NCBI GenBank assembly: GCA_046160105.1
Contig: JBJXGT010000036.1
Coordinates: 73,568-137,567 of the forward strand
DNA: 64,000 nt
Direction: 5' to 3'
Source of the DNA: Gemmatimonadales bacterium
Lineage (GTDB): Bacteria > Gemmatimonadota > Gemmatimonadetes > Gemmatimonadales > GWC2-71-9
Under the pieces are notes generated by a model. It was not told the origin of the DNA. It did not search any database and saw only the letters and a program-made list of their open reading frames with translations. A program made the translations under genes and the position numbers. Shown here piece by piece: positions 1 through 9,530 of this stretch; position 1 is the stretch's first letter, and each line of letters opens with the position of its first letter.

Positions 1-327
1 CGGGATCGTTTCGCGAGGGACGCCAAAGTCCGCCGGGGCCTTTCCGCCAACGACCAGCGGGGCATAGAAGTACCACTCCGTCGCCACGTGCATGAGGGCT
101 TCGCTGACACTCCTCGTGCCGGGCGACGGCCGCCACTGGTAGGAGGCCTCGGGTATGGCGTTGGCGAGGGCCACCACCTTCGAGCGCACGGTGTCGAGAT
201 CGGCGAGGTATTGCGATCGAATCTCAGCCACGGCCTTGGCGTCGAAAATGACCTGAGCTTGGGACGCCGAGGGAGCGACGAGGGCGGCGACCGCGAGTGT
301 GATTGATGCGAGAGTGGTGCCTGACAT
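1..327 (-). CDS. DinB-family protein, N-terminal part (gene runs off the left edge)
   Basis: Absent from the ORF track because there is no in-window stop. My reverse translation from ATG (complement of 325-327) gives MSGTTLASITLAVAALVAPSASQAQVIFDAKAVAEIRSQYLADLDTVRSKVVALANAIPEASYQWRPSPGTRSVSEALMHVATEWYF... It has a signal-like N-terminus and the YxWRPxPGxRSVxE..H pattern typical of DinB_2 proteins. Confidence 0.6.
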   Translation of the reverse strand, partial: MSGTTLASITLAVAALVAPSASQAQVIFDAKAVAEIRSQYLADLDTVRSKVVALANAIPEASYQWRPSPGTRSVSEALMHVATEWYFYAPLVVGGKAPADFGVPRETIP

Positions 328-395
328 TGTCTGGCCAGCCTGGGCGGGAGGGATTGCTAGCCCTACGCTCCGATGCACGGAGCGGTTCCAATCGT

Positions 396-791
396 CTACC
401 CGGAGGAGCCGCTCTGCCTGAACTGGACGACGTTGCCTTCCGGGTCGGTGCCGTCGAGGACGACGGCGTTGCCCATCCGCCAGGCGCGCGCCTTCGGTTC
501 GAGGAAGCCGCCGGTGGCCAACGCGGCCCGACGGACCGCCTCGAGGTCCTCGACCAAGAAGGCCGGCTTGAAGGCCGCGTCCTCGCGTCGCTCAGGCGGG
601 GTGGCGATGGCGATGTCGGCGGCGTACTCCGCCGGGATGGCGTGGATGACCAACTCGATGCCCGGGCCCCGCAAGAGGTCGTGCGAGGGCTCCGACTCGA
701 TGGTCGTCAGACCAAGCGTCTGGAGGTAGAACGCCGAGACGGGCGCCTTTTTCTTGGCGAAGACGACCAGGGATTGCCGGGGGGCATCCAT
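396..791 (-). CDS. VOC / glyoxalase-bleomycin-resistance fold protein
   Basis: 131-aa ORF with ATG at complement 789-791. Size and sequence (..IELVIHAIP..AFKPAFLVEDLEAV..VVLDGTDPEGNVVQF) resemble VOC-fold proteins. It lies 8 nt downstream of the CocE-like gene on the same strand. Confidence 0.6.
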   Translation of the reverse strand: MDAPRQSLVVFAKKKAPVSAFYLQTLGLTTIESEPSHDLLRGPGIELVIHAIPAEYAADIAIATPPERREDAAFKPAFLVEDLEAVRRAALATGGFLEPKARAWRMGNAVVLDGTDPEGNVVQFRQSGSSG

Positions 792-799
792 GGCCTACC

Positions 800-2704
800 T
801 CACCGAAGGACGGGAAGCCGAATACCCGACGGATGATCGGGCCCTCGGTGAATCGTCACGGTCGGGCGGCCTTTCACGGGCGGGCGTTCGGTGTTGTCGA
901 CGTCGGCGCCCGCGATGGTGACCCGGAGCCGATGGCCGGCGTTGAACACCGTCGCCGTGGGCTGGAGGTCGAAGGTCAGCTCGACCACCTGTTCCGGGAC
1001 CAGCGGTTTCGGATCGTTGCTGAAATGGCGCTGCCACGGCAGACCGAGATTGTCCCACGCCGCGGTGGTGGTGTCTCGGTGCGATGCCCGGAGCATTCCC
1101 TCGGACACGTACCTCGAGAAGCCGTTGGCGTCGACCTCGGTCAGGATGGCGTAGAAATCGCCGTCGGGTTGGTCCGAGCTGACGAACAGCCGCACCACCG
1201 GGTGGCCGACGATGGTGAGATCCGCCGCGAGCGGGGCCGTGGTATAAGTAAGGGCTTTGGCATCGTTAGGGGCCATATCGGGATAGCGCATCGGGCCTTG
1301 GCCGACGGCGTTATCCCAACGGGTCGCGGTGCCCGTGGTGGTGGTGAGGTCGACCTGATACCGGTCGGCGCCGGCGGCGGGAGCCTCGACGCCTAACAAC
1401 CCGTCGTTGACCGAGGCGATGCTGCCGGACGGCCCCGGCGCGAAGAAGTAGTCGGTGCTGGTGGCCTCCTTGATGGGCCACCGGTCGGCGGTCTTCCAGG
1501 TCCAGACGCCCGGATCGACCATCAAGGCGTAGTTGACCGGCGGGTCCTTCTCGACCCCGTTCTGGATCCCTTTCAGCCACCGATCGAACCACCGGTGCTG
1601 TTCGGCGGTGGCGATCCGGTTCTGCTCGACGCCCATGGCGCTGTCCGGGGCGGCATGGGCCCAAGGGCCCATGGTCACCCGGTCGGGCCCGGTGAAGTTC
1701 ACCAGCCAGAGCATCTCGTCGCGGGCAAAGAGGTCGTACCAGCCGCCGAAGTGATGGGCGGCCACCCCGGACTGGTTGATCTCGGTCAGGAAGCCGGATG
1801 GCTCATGGCGCGCGTAGGCGTAGTCGGCCGTGTTGTGGTCGCGAAACCGCGCGGCCCGGTACTGCTCGACCACGTTCCAGTTCTTGGCATGTTGTGCGAG
1901 GGCCTCGGCCCGGAGTTCCCCGGTCGAGTCGGCGTCGACCGGTGGCTCGGGGTAGACGACATCGAGGCTCCGGGTGAGGATGCCCCAGTGGTGGAGGGTG
2001 TTCTCCCGATAGATGCCGCCCTCGTAGACCACGTCGTACATGTTGAAGGCGGCGACAGTCGGGAAGATCGCCTTGAGGGCGGGGTGCTTGGTGCTCGCCG
2101 CCAGGTACTGGGTGATGCCCAGGTAGGAGCCGCCGAACATGCCGAGGTTGCCGTCGCACCAGGGTTGCTTGGTCATCCAATCCATCACGTCGTAGGCGTC
2201 CCGGGTCTCGGCCGGGGAGAAGAGGCCCTCATAGCGGCCGAACGACGCGCCCCCGCCGCGCACCTGCACCGAGACCACGACGTATCCGTGCTTGACGAGG
2301 TTCTGGAGCGCCGAGCTACCGTCGACCATCGACGGGGCGTTGCGGCGGGCGAGGGCCTCGGCGCTGGCGGTCTCCTTCGAGTCGAGATTGGTGACATCGT
2401 GACTCGCGTCGGCCGCCCGCATGTCGGGGCCGCCACGGTGGTATCGCGAGTGGGTCCAGACCACCGGGAACTTGCGGTCCGCCGCTTTGCCGCCGACCGC
2501 CGGGCGGATGACGTCCACCGCCAGCTTGGTTCCGTCTCGAACGGTCACGTACTCGGAGGTCCGGACCCATTCGGTGAATTGAGGCTCGCCGTATCCTTCA
2601 TAGCGGCCGAACTCGGAGATCTTTCCAGCGGTGTCGGCGGGTTGCTCGGCCGCCGGGGAGCACGCGGTCGCGAGGGCGACGGCCAGGAGGACGCGAACGT
2701 TCAT
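800..2704 (-). CDS. CocE/NonD family hydrolase (X-Pro dipeptidyl-peptidase S15-like), secreted
   Basis: 634 aa. Lipoprotein-like signal (LLAVALATACS), GGSYLG serine-nucleophile motif, and a length and C-terminal beta-sandwich region typical of CocE/NonD. Confidence 0.85.
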   Translation of the reverse strand: MNVRVLLAVALATACSPAAEQPADTAGKISEFGRYEGYGEPQFTEWVRTSEYVTVRDGTKLAVDVIRPAVGGKAADRKFPVVWTHSRYHRGGPDMRAADASHDVTNLDSKETASAEALARRNAPSMVDGSSALQNLVKHGYVVVSVQVRGGGASFGRYEGLFSPAETRDAYDVMDWMTKQPWCDGNLGMFGGSYLGITQYLAASTKHPALKAIFPTVAAFNMYDVVYEGGIYRENTLHHWGILTRSLDVVYPEPPVDADSTGELRAEALAQHAKNWNVVEQYRAARFRDHNTADYAYARHEPSGFLTEINQSGVAAHHFGGWYDLFARDEMLWLVNFTGPDRVTMGPWAHAAPDSAMGVEQNRIATAEQHRWFDRWLKGIQNGVEKDPPVNYALMVDPGVWTWKTADRWPIKEATSTDYFFAPGPSGSIASVNDGLLGVEAPAAGADRYQVDLTTTTGTATRWDNAVGQGPMRYPDMAPNDAKALTYTTAPLAADLTIVGHPVVRLFVSSDQPDGDFYAILTEVDANGFSRYVSEGMLRASHRDTTTAAWDNLGLPWQRHFSNDPKPLVPEQVVELTFDLQPTATVFNAGHRLRVTIAGADVDNTERPPVKGRPTVTIHRGPDHPSGIRLPVLR

Positions 2705-2831
2705 GGAGGCTCGGCGAGTCGGGAGTCGATCGAATTTCGCTTCCGGCGGAGGGCCGCGCCAGGGGCGGTCTGCCCTCGGAGGACGACGCGGCGGCCCACG
2801 GCTTCGAGGGCCACCGCGTCGGGCGGGTTCG

Positions 2832-4916
2832 TTAGGGGGTCTGACTCCGATACTTCTCGAACCATCCGGAGAGCACGGTGATCTTCGAGGCGTGGTTCGA
2901 GGGTCGGCGACGGATTCCGTGGGGCTCGCCGGGCACCCGCACCAGCACCGCGTCGACGCCCCGCATCTTGAGCGCCTTGTAGTACTGCTCCGACTCCGAC
3001 ATCGGGGTCCGGAAGTCCTCCTCGCCGGTCATGATCAGGGTCGGGGTCTTCACGTTCTTCACCACCGACAGGAGCGACCGTTTGTCGTAGTTCTCCTGAT
3101 GGTCCCAGGGGAACCCCGGGAACCAGTTGTTGACCGACGACGGCGCCATGTCGGCGGTGAGCGAGAAGCTCTCCCAGTTGATCACCGGATAGAACGCCAG
3201 CGCCGCCTTGAATCGATCGGTGTGGCCGATGGTCCAGGCGGTGAGGACCCCGCCCCCGCTGCCGCCGGTGATGAACAGATTGCTCTGGTCGACGTAGCCC
3301 TTGGCGATCACCGCGTCGACGCCCGAGTTGAGATCGTAGAAATCGTCGCCCGGGTAGGCGTGGTGGATCAGGTTGCCGAATTCCTCGCCGTAGCTGGTGC
3401 TGCCGCGGGGGTTGGTGTAGAGCACCACGTAGCCGGCCGCGGCCATCAGTTGTTTCTCGTCGTCGAAGCGGTCGCCGTAGTTGGCGAACGGGCCGCCGTG
3501 GATCTCGAGGATCAGCGGGTACTTCCGGGCAGGATTGAAGCCCGGCGGCTTGATGATCCAACCGTGAATCCGGCGGTTGTCCTTGGAGCTGGGGTACCAG
3601 ATCTCCTCGACCTCGCCTAACGTTCTGGTCGCGAGCAGGTCGGCGTTGAGCGCGGTGAGGATCCTGGGGGTGGCGACGCCCGTCGGAGCGCGGGTGCCCG
3701 TCGGGGCGGCCGATCGAACCACCGCGACCTCCGAGGGAACCATCGGGGTGCTCAGGGTGTACGCGATCGATCCATCCTTGGCCACCGAGTAGCTGCCACC
3801 GCCATAGGCCGAGCCGCCACCGCCAAGGTCCTTGGCCAGATCGCGATAGCTGCCGTCGAGCTGGAACAGAGCCACCTTGGTGTTGCCCTGATCGTCGTAC
3901 TGGACATGGATCCCGCGGCCGTCGGCGGACCAAGTCGGGTTCCCGACCGAGCGATCGAGCTTCCCGGACACGACTCGGGCGCCGGTCCCGTCCCGGTTCA
4001 TGACATAGAGCAGGGTGTTCTGGTAGCCCTGCTTCCGATCGTCGTAGCCGGTGTACGCGATCAGCTTGCCATCGGGCGAGACCGCGGGGGACAGATCGGG
4101 TCCGAACCGATCGGTGAGCCGGCGCGGTTCACCGGCGCCGAGCGGGAACGACCAGAGCTCGGTTTCGCGGGCGGTCCACTCGGGGTTGGCCCCCCGGCGG
4201 GCCGGCAAGATCAGCTCGGCGCCGTCGGCCGACCACGCGAGGCTGCCGCCGCCGTAGACCAGGCCGCCGTGCTGGTAGTTGCCGGTGGTCACCTGTCGAG
4301 CGGTCCCCCCGTCGGAGGGAACCACGAAGGCGTGGCCGTAACCGGGCGGCACTTCCCCGACGCCGTCGAATCGGAACACCAACTTGTTGGTGAATTTCGG
4401 TGGGTCGGCCCAGACGGCGCCCGGCGGCGGGGCGAGGGGCTGGCCGACCACCAAAGCGGCCTCCGGCACCCGTTTGAGAAAGGCAATCCGGGTGCCGTCG
4501 GGCGACCACTCCAGGCCGGCGGGCGGCTCGGTGACGTTGGTGATCGCGTGGGTGGCCCCGCCATCCATCCATCGGACGTGAACCTGCGGGCTGCCGCCGC
4601 GGTTGGAGACATAGGCCAGCCGGCGACCGTCAGGCGACCAGCGGGGCGTGTTATCGGAAAACTTCCCCGAGGTGAGCGGCCGATGCTCGGAGCCGTCCGC
4701 CTTGGCGAGCCACAGACTGGTGAACCGGCGATCGGTCATCAGATCGGCCCACTGACGCACGTAGACCACCCACTGTCCGTCGGGCGAAATCTGGGGGTCG
4801 GCGGCGGATTCGAGCTGAAAGACGTCGGCTGGGGTCAGCGGGGTCGGTTGGGCGGCGATCGGGCCGCTCGCCGCACACGCGAGGAAGACCGCCGCGGCGG
4901 CCAGGCGGAGGAACAT
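2832..4916 (-). CDS. S9 family serine peptidase with N-terminal beta-propeller
   Basis: 694 aa with a signal peptide. Repeated propeller motifs (ISPDGQW, WSPDGRR, WSPDGTR, VSPDGKL, WSADGRG). Catalytic TGGSGGG serine motif and C-terminal GEPHG. Confidence 0.9.
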   Translation of the reverse strand: MFLRLAAAAVFLACAASGPIAAQPTPLTPADVFQLESAADPQISPDGQWVVYVRQWADLMTDRRFTSLWLAKADGSEHRPLTSGKFSDNTPRWSPDGRRLAYVSNRGGSPQVHVRWMDGGATHAITNVTEPPAGLEWSPDGTRIAFLKRVPEAALVVGQPLAPPPGAVWADPPKFTNKLVFRFDGVGEVPPGYGHAFVVPSDGGTARQVTTGNYQHGGLVYGGGSLAWSADGAELILPARRGANPEWTARETELWSFPLGAGEPRRLTDRFGPDLSPAVSPDGKLIAYTGYDDRKQGYQNTLLYVMNRDGTGARVVSGKLDRSVGNPTWSADGRGIHVQYDDQGNTKVALFQLDGSYRDLAKDLGGGGSAYGGGSYSVAKDGSIAYTLSTPMVPSEVAVVRSAAPTGTRAPTGVATPRILTALNADLLATRTLGEVEEIWYPSSKDNRRIHGWIIKPPGFNPARKYPLILEIHGGPFANYGDRFDDEKQLMAAAGYVVLYTNPRGSTSYGEEFGNLIHHAYPGDDFYDLNSGVDAVIAKGYVDQSNLFITGGSGGGVLTAWTIGHTDRFKAALAFYPVINWESFSLTADMAPSSVNNWFPGFPWDHQENYDKRSLLSVVKNVKTPTLIMTGEEDFRTPMSESEQYYKALKMRGVDAVLVRVPGEPHGIRRRPSNHASKITVLSGWFEKYRSQTP

Positions 4917-5064
4917 GGCGGGATCCGAAGCAAGGGGTGCTTGATGGTATCGCCCGTGGGCCGGGCGTCAACCTCCCGCGACCACTCGGGTCTTGTGGCC
5001 GTTCCTCCAAGGCGGTCAATTTGGGCATCCACCAAGACGCTTGATGCCATCCGAGGAGCCATCG

Positions 5065-7686
5065 ATGAAGGGTTCGCTTACGTCGACCGCCGCGGTCATT
5101 GCCCTGCTCACCGCGGGCCGGCTTTTGGCCCAGACCACCGCCTCGGTGCCGGTCTCCGCCCTCGACCAAGCGATCCGCGCGGAGGGATTCGTGGCGCCCG
5201 CCGGACCCATCGCCGAGGCGGTCCTCGCGCCGCGGCACCGCCTGGTGACGCTCACCGAGATCAACGCCGACCGAAGCAAGTTTCTCCGGGAGGTGGGCGA
5301 CGGACCGGTGACGATGGCGGTGTTCTCGCGGCCGTTCCATGAACTGGGCGGCCTGTTCGTCGACTTCCGAGCCAACCGCAGTCGCAACTTCTCCATTCGG
5401 AGCAACCTCGGTCTCGAGATCATCTCGGCCACCGACGGGAGCCGTCGCGCGGTCGAGGTGCCCGCCGGGGTCCGGATCACCGACGCCACTTGGAGTCCCG
5501 ACGGCCGGAGCGTCGCGTTCTTCGGTCACACCCTCGACGCTACCCACCTGTGGATTGCCGACGCCGCGAGCGGGCGAGCCCGACAGATCACCCGCACGCC
5601 GGTGCTGGCGACCCTCGCGACCGGGTTCGAGTGGAGCGACGACAGCAAGCACCTGGTGACGGTGCTGATTCCCGAGGCCCGCCTGACGATGCCCGAACGG
5701 CCCGCCGTGCCGCCCGGTCCCCAGGTCAAGTTGGCCGAGGAGAAAGACAAGAATCGGCTCCGCAACTTCGCCAGCTTGCTCGCCACACCGTACGACCAAG
5801 CGCTCCTGGAGTGGCACGTTACTGGGCAAGCGGCGCTGATCGATGTGGAGAGCCGGGCCGTGACCAGAGTAGGGCAGGCAACGATGATCCAGCGGGCCGA
5901 CCTTTCGCCTGACGGGAAGTACTTGCGAGTGGTCCGGATGGTGAAACCGTTCTCGTATATCGTCCCGGTCGGCAACTTCGGGACGGTCGAGGAAATCTGG
6001 GATCTCGGGGGCCGGGTGCTGGCCAAGGTCGGGGACGAGCCGCTGAACCTCGGGGCCGATACGGCCCGGGTCGCGACCGCGCCGGGAGTGGGTGGAGGCG
6101 AGACCGCGGCGCGAGGCCGCCGGGAAGTGGTCTGGCGGCAGGACGGCCAGGGGCTCAGCTATCTCGAGCAAGCGGCGGTCCAGCCCGGCGACAGCGCGGC
6201 CGATGACGCGGAAGGGCCGTCGCGCCCCCGCCGCAAGGATCGGGTCTATCAGTGGCTCCCTCCGTTCGACAGCGCCAGCCAGAAACTGCTCTACGAGAAC
6301 AATGGCCGGCTCTCCAACGTCCGCTACTCCGCCGACCACCGAACCCTGTTCGCGTCGGAACGGGCCGGGCCGACCCAACACGAGTTCGCGGTGGTGCTGG
6401 CCGAACCGACCAAGAAACTGACCCTGGCGAGGTATCGGTCGGAGGACTTCGGGGCCAACCCCGGCGCCCTCCTATTGGCGGACGGCACGGTGCCGCCCCC
6501 GAATCCGTTCGGCGGCGGCTTCGGGGGGTTCGGGGCCCGGTCCACCGCCGGTCGGGTGGTCGCCACCTCGGCGGACGGCAACTCGGTGTACTACTACGGC
6601 ATCGAGTACGGCAAAGATCCCTTGGCCGTCGGCCCGAAGACCTACATCGAGCGGGTCCCGATTCGGGGTGGAACCAAAGAGCGGATCTACCAGAGCGACA
6701 ACGCGGGCAGCTACGAGCGGGTGGCCGCGGTCCGTGATCTCGCCACGATGAGCCTGATCGTCTCGCGGGAATCCGCGACCGAGGTGCCCCAGACGTACCG
6801 CCGGGATGGCGGGGCGCTGGTGCAACTGACCCAGAACGTCGATCCGACTCCGGACCTGACCCGGGCGCCGAAGGAGACCTTCATCGTCGAACGGCCCGAC
6901 GGCTTCAAGTTCAAGGTCAACGTCACCCTGCCTCCAGGGTACCAGCCGGGCGTCAGGCTCCCGGCGATGTTCTGGTTCTATCCGCGAGAGTACGCTGGCC
7001 AGGACGAGTACGACCGCGGGGCCCGGACGTTCAACAAGAACGCCTTCCCGTCGTTCAACGCCCGATCGATCCAGTTCCTGGCCCGCGCCGGCTACGCGGT
7101 GGTCGAGCCGGACGCGCCGATCGTCGGAGCGACCGGCCAGATGAACAACAACTACGAGCACGATCTTCGCAACAATCTGGCCGCGGTCATCGACGAGGTG
7201 GACCGCCGGGGAATCGTGGATCGGACCCGGATCGGGATCGGCGGGCACAGCTACGGGGCGTTCTCCACGGTCAACGCGATGGTGCACACCCCGTTCTTCA
7301 AGGCGGGAATCGCCGGAGACGGTAACTACAACCGGACCCTGACTCCGCTGGCGTTCCAGAGCGAGCGGCGCGATCTCTGGGAGGCGAAGGACACCTACCT
7401 CTCGATGTCGCCGCTGCTCCACGCCAACAACCTGACCGGCGCGCTGTTGCTGTACCACGGCCTCAGTGATCAGAACGTCGGGACCGATCCGATCAATTCG
7501 CCGCGGCTCTTTCAGGCGCTGAACGGGTTGGGCAAAACCACCTCGATGTACCTCTACCCGTTCGAGGATCATGGGCCGGCGACCAAGGAAACCCTGCTCG
7601 ACCTGTGGGCCCGATGGACGGCGTGGCTCGACAAGTACGTCAAGAACGCCAAGACCGAGACCAAAGAGCGCCCGGTGAGTGAGTAG
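5065..7686 (+). CDS. S9 family serine peptidase, secreted
   Basis: Track ORF is 4993..7686. I place the start at ATG 5065 (MKGSLTSTAAVIALLTAGRLLAQ signal peptide), with ATG 5044 as an alternative. It carries WSPDGRS/LSPDGKY propeller motifs, a GGHSYGAF nucleophile motif and a C-terminal FEDHG. Confidence 0.85.
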   Translation: MKGSLTSTAAVIALLTAGRLLAQTTASVPVSALDQAIRAEGFVAPAGPIAEAVLAPRHRLVTLTEINADRSKFLREVGDGPVTMAVFSRPFHELGGLFVDFRANRSRNFSIRSNLGLEIISATDGSRRAVEVPAGVRITDATWSPDGRSVAFFGHTLDATHLWIADAASGRARQITRTPVLATLATGFEWSDDSKHLVTVLIPEARLTMPERPAVPPGPQVKLAEEKDKNRLRNFASLLATPYDQALLEWHVTGQAALIDVESRAVTRVGQATMIQRADLSPDGKYLRVVRMVKPFSYIVPVGNFGTVEEIWDLGGRVLAKVGDEPLNLGADTARVATAPGVGGGETAARGRREVVWRQDGQGLSYLEQAAVQPGDSAADDAEGPSRPRRKDRVYQWLPPFDSASQKLLYENNGRLSNVRYSADHRTLFASERAGPTQHEFAVVLAEPTKKLTLARYRSEDFGANPGALLLADGTVPPPNPFGGGFGGFGARSTAGRVVATSADGNSVYYYGIEYGKDPLAVGPKTYIERVPIRGGTKERIYQSDNAGSYERVAAVRDLATMSLIVSRESATEVPQTYRRDGGALVQLTQNVDPTPDLTRAPKETFIVERPDGFKFKVNVTLPPGYQPGVRLPAMFWFYPREYAGQDEYDRGARTFNKNAFPSFNARSIQFLARAGYAVVEPDAPIVGATGQMNNNYEHDLRNNLAAVIDEVDRRGIVDRTRIGIGGHSYGAFSTVNAMVHTPFFKAGIAGDGNYNRTLTPLAFQSERRDLWEAKDTYLSMSPLLHANNLTGALLLYHGLSDQNVGTDPINSPRLFQALNGLGKTTSMYLYPFEDHGPATKETLLDLWARWTAWLDKYVKNAKTETKERPVSE

Positions 7687-7687
7687 C

Positions 7688-7822
7688 ATGGCCGCCGATC
7701 CCGATCTTGAATCGGCCCCGGCGGAGGGGGCCCGGTTCCGACTCACACTGGTTCGGGTCCTCCTGGTCCAGGCGGTGACGCTGGCGGCGCTGTGGTGGCT
7801 GCAGACCCGGTACGGAACGTGA
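7688..7822 (+). CDS. Small single-pass membrane protein (44 aa), possible accessory subunit of the downstream symporter
   Basis: Below the ORF-track size cut-off. My translation is MAADPDLESAPAEGARFRLTLVRVLLVQAVTLAALWWLQTRYGT*. The ATG lies 1 nt after the S9 stop, and the TGA lies 7 nt before the symporter ATG. About 80% G/C at third positions, like the neighbouring genes. Confidence 0.35.
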   Translation: MAADPDLESAPAEGARFRLTLVRVLLVQAVTLAALWWLQTRYGT

Positions 7823-7829
7823 GCCGTTG

Positions 7830-9530
7830 ATGCATCCGATCAACTGGCTGATCGTCATCGTCTACTTGATTTACGTCGTGGTCGACGGCCTTCGTCGCGC
7901 CAAGGGCACCACCGAGATCGAGGGGTATTTCCTCGCCAACCGGAGCCTGCCGTGGTGGGCGGTCGGACTGAGCGTCATGGCGACGCAGCTCTCCGCGGTG
8001 ACAATGATCGGGACCACGGGGCAGGGGGCCACTGACGGGCTTCGATTCGTCCAGTTCTATTTTGGCCTCCCGCTCGCGATGGTGATCCTCGGCGTCACCC
8101 TGGTCCCCTTTCTCCATCGGGCCCGGGTGTTCACCGCGTATGAGTTTCTCGAGCGCCGGTTCGATCCCAAGACCCGTTCGCTCACCAGTTTCCTGTTCCT
8201 GGTCTCGCGGGGGATGTCCTGCGGCACCATCATCGCGGCGCCGGCCGTGGTCTTCTCGGCGATCCTGGGCTGGGACGTGACCTGGACGGTGGCGCTGATC
8301 GGAATTCCCACCGTCATCTACACCATGTTCGGTGGGGTCCAGGCGGTTACCTGGGCCGACGTGAAGCAGATGGTCTTGATCGTCTTCGCCCTGGCGGCGC
8401 TGGTGATCGTGCTGCTGATCAAGATTCCGGTCGGGCCCGGCGAGGCGCTGGCGGTGGCGGGGTCGGTGGGGCGGCTCCAGACCTTCGACTTCCGCTTCGA
8501 CCTGAGCGAGACCTACACGTTCTGGTCGGGGATCATCGGCGGCACCTTCCTGATGCTGTCGTACTTCGGCACCGATCAGAGCCAGGTCCAGCGATACCTG
8601 ACCGCGCGGTCGGTCGGCGAGGCGCGGAGCTCGCTGCTGATGAGCGCCTACTGGAAGATCCCGCTCCAGGCGTTGGTGCTGCTGATCGGGGTGCTGGTCT
8701 TCGTGTTCTATCTGTTCAAGGCGCCGCCCCTGTGGTTCAATCCGGCCCACGAGGCGGCCGTCCGGCGGGTCGACTCGGCGGCGGTGGCCGGGCTGTCCAC
8801 CCGGTACACCTCCGAGTTGGCGACCCGGGAGGCGGCGGCGGGAGCGCTGGCCGCGGCCCATCGAGCGGGCGACGCCGCGGCCACCGACCGGGCGGCGACC
8901 ATGTTTCGGAGCGCCGACCGGGCGGCGACGGCGGTGCGGACCGAGGCGATGGCGCTCGCCGAAACCGCGACCGGCGGCCCGGCCAAGGACGTCAACTACA
9001 TCATTCCCCGGTTCGTGCTCGACGAGTTGCCGCTGGGAATGGCCGGTATCTTCCTGGCGGCGGTGATGGCGGCCGCGATGTCGAGCATCGCCGCGGAGCT
9101 CAACTCGCTGTCCACCGCGACGGTGATCGACTTCTATCGGCGCTGGGTTCGGCCGGAGGCGAGCGACGCCCACTTCCTCCGGGTCTCCAAGGTCGCCACC
9201 GGCGTCTGGGGGATCTTCGCCTGCGTGGTGGCGACGTTCGCGGCCAACCTAGGGTCGCTGATCGAAGTCGTCAATCGATTCGGCTCGTTCTTCTACGGAT
9301 CGATCCTCGGCGTCTTCCTGCTGGCGATGACCACGCGGGCCACCGCGGCCGGTGCGTTCGTGGGGCTGATTGCCGGGATGAGTGCAGTGGCGGCAGTGTC
9401 GTTCGGGGCGCCGACGGTATCCTTCCTCTGGCACAACGTGGTCGGTGCCGTGACGGTCGTGGTCGTCGGCGGCCTGATCAGCGCGTTCGGCTCGAAACCC
9501 TCTGCGGGGGACCTCCATGAAGCTCGTTAA
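7830..9530 (+). CDS. Sodium:solute symporter family (SSS) transporter
   Basis: The track start at 7827 is TTG; ATG is at 7830. Multi-pass membrane protein. YFLANRSLPWWAVGLSVMATQLSAVTMIGTTGQG matches the SSF signature region. Confidence 0.9.
   Translation: MHPINWLIVIVYLIYVVVDGLRRAKGTTEIEGYFLANRSLPWWAVGLSVMATQLSAVTMIGTTGQGATDGLRFVQFYFGLPLAMVILGVTLVPFLHRARVFTAYEFLERRFDPKTRSLTSFLFLVSRGMSCGTIIAAPAVVFSAILGWDVTWTVALIGIPTVIYTMFGGVQAVTWADVKQMVLIVFALAALVIVLLIKIPVGPGEALAVAGSVGRLQTFDFRFDLSETYTFWSGIIGGTFLMLSYFGTDQSQVQRYLTARSVGEARSSLLMSAYWKIPLQALVLLIGVLVFVFYLFKAPPLWFNPAHEAAVRRVDSAAVAGLSTRYTSELATREAAAGALAAAHRAGDAAATDRAATMFRSADRAATAVRTEAMALAETATGGPAKDVNYIIPRFVLDELPLGMAGIFLAAVMAAAMSSIAAELNSLSTATVIDFYRRWVRPEASDAHFLRVSKVATGVWGIFACVVATFAANLGSLIEVVNRFGSFFYGSILGVFLLAMTTRATAAGAFVGLIAGMSAVAAVSFGAPTVSFLWHNVVGAVTVVVVGGLISAFGSKPSAGDLHEAR

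Noticed and set aside
1595-2881. 428-aa + strand ORF, with similar long ORFs at 2701..3933(-), 3906..5342(+), 4651..6381(-), 6472..7746(-) and 7743..9173(-)
   Set aside because: They lie antisense to, or off-frame within, ORFs carrying clear family motifs (CocE/NonD, S9, SSS). Their Arg/Gly/Pro/Ala-rich, motif-free translations are typical of shadow ORFs in high-G+C DNA.
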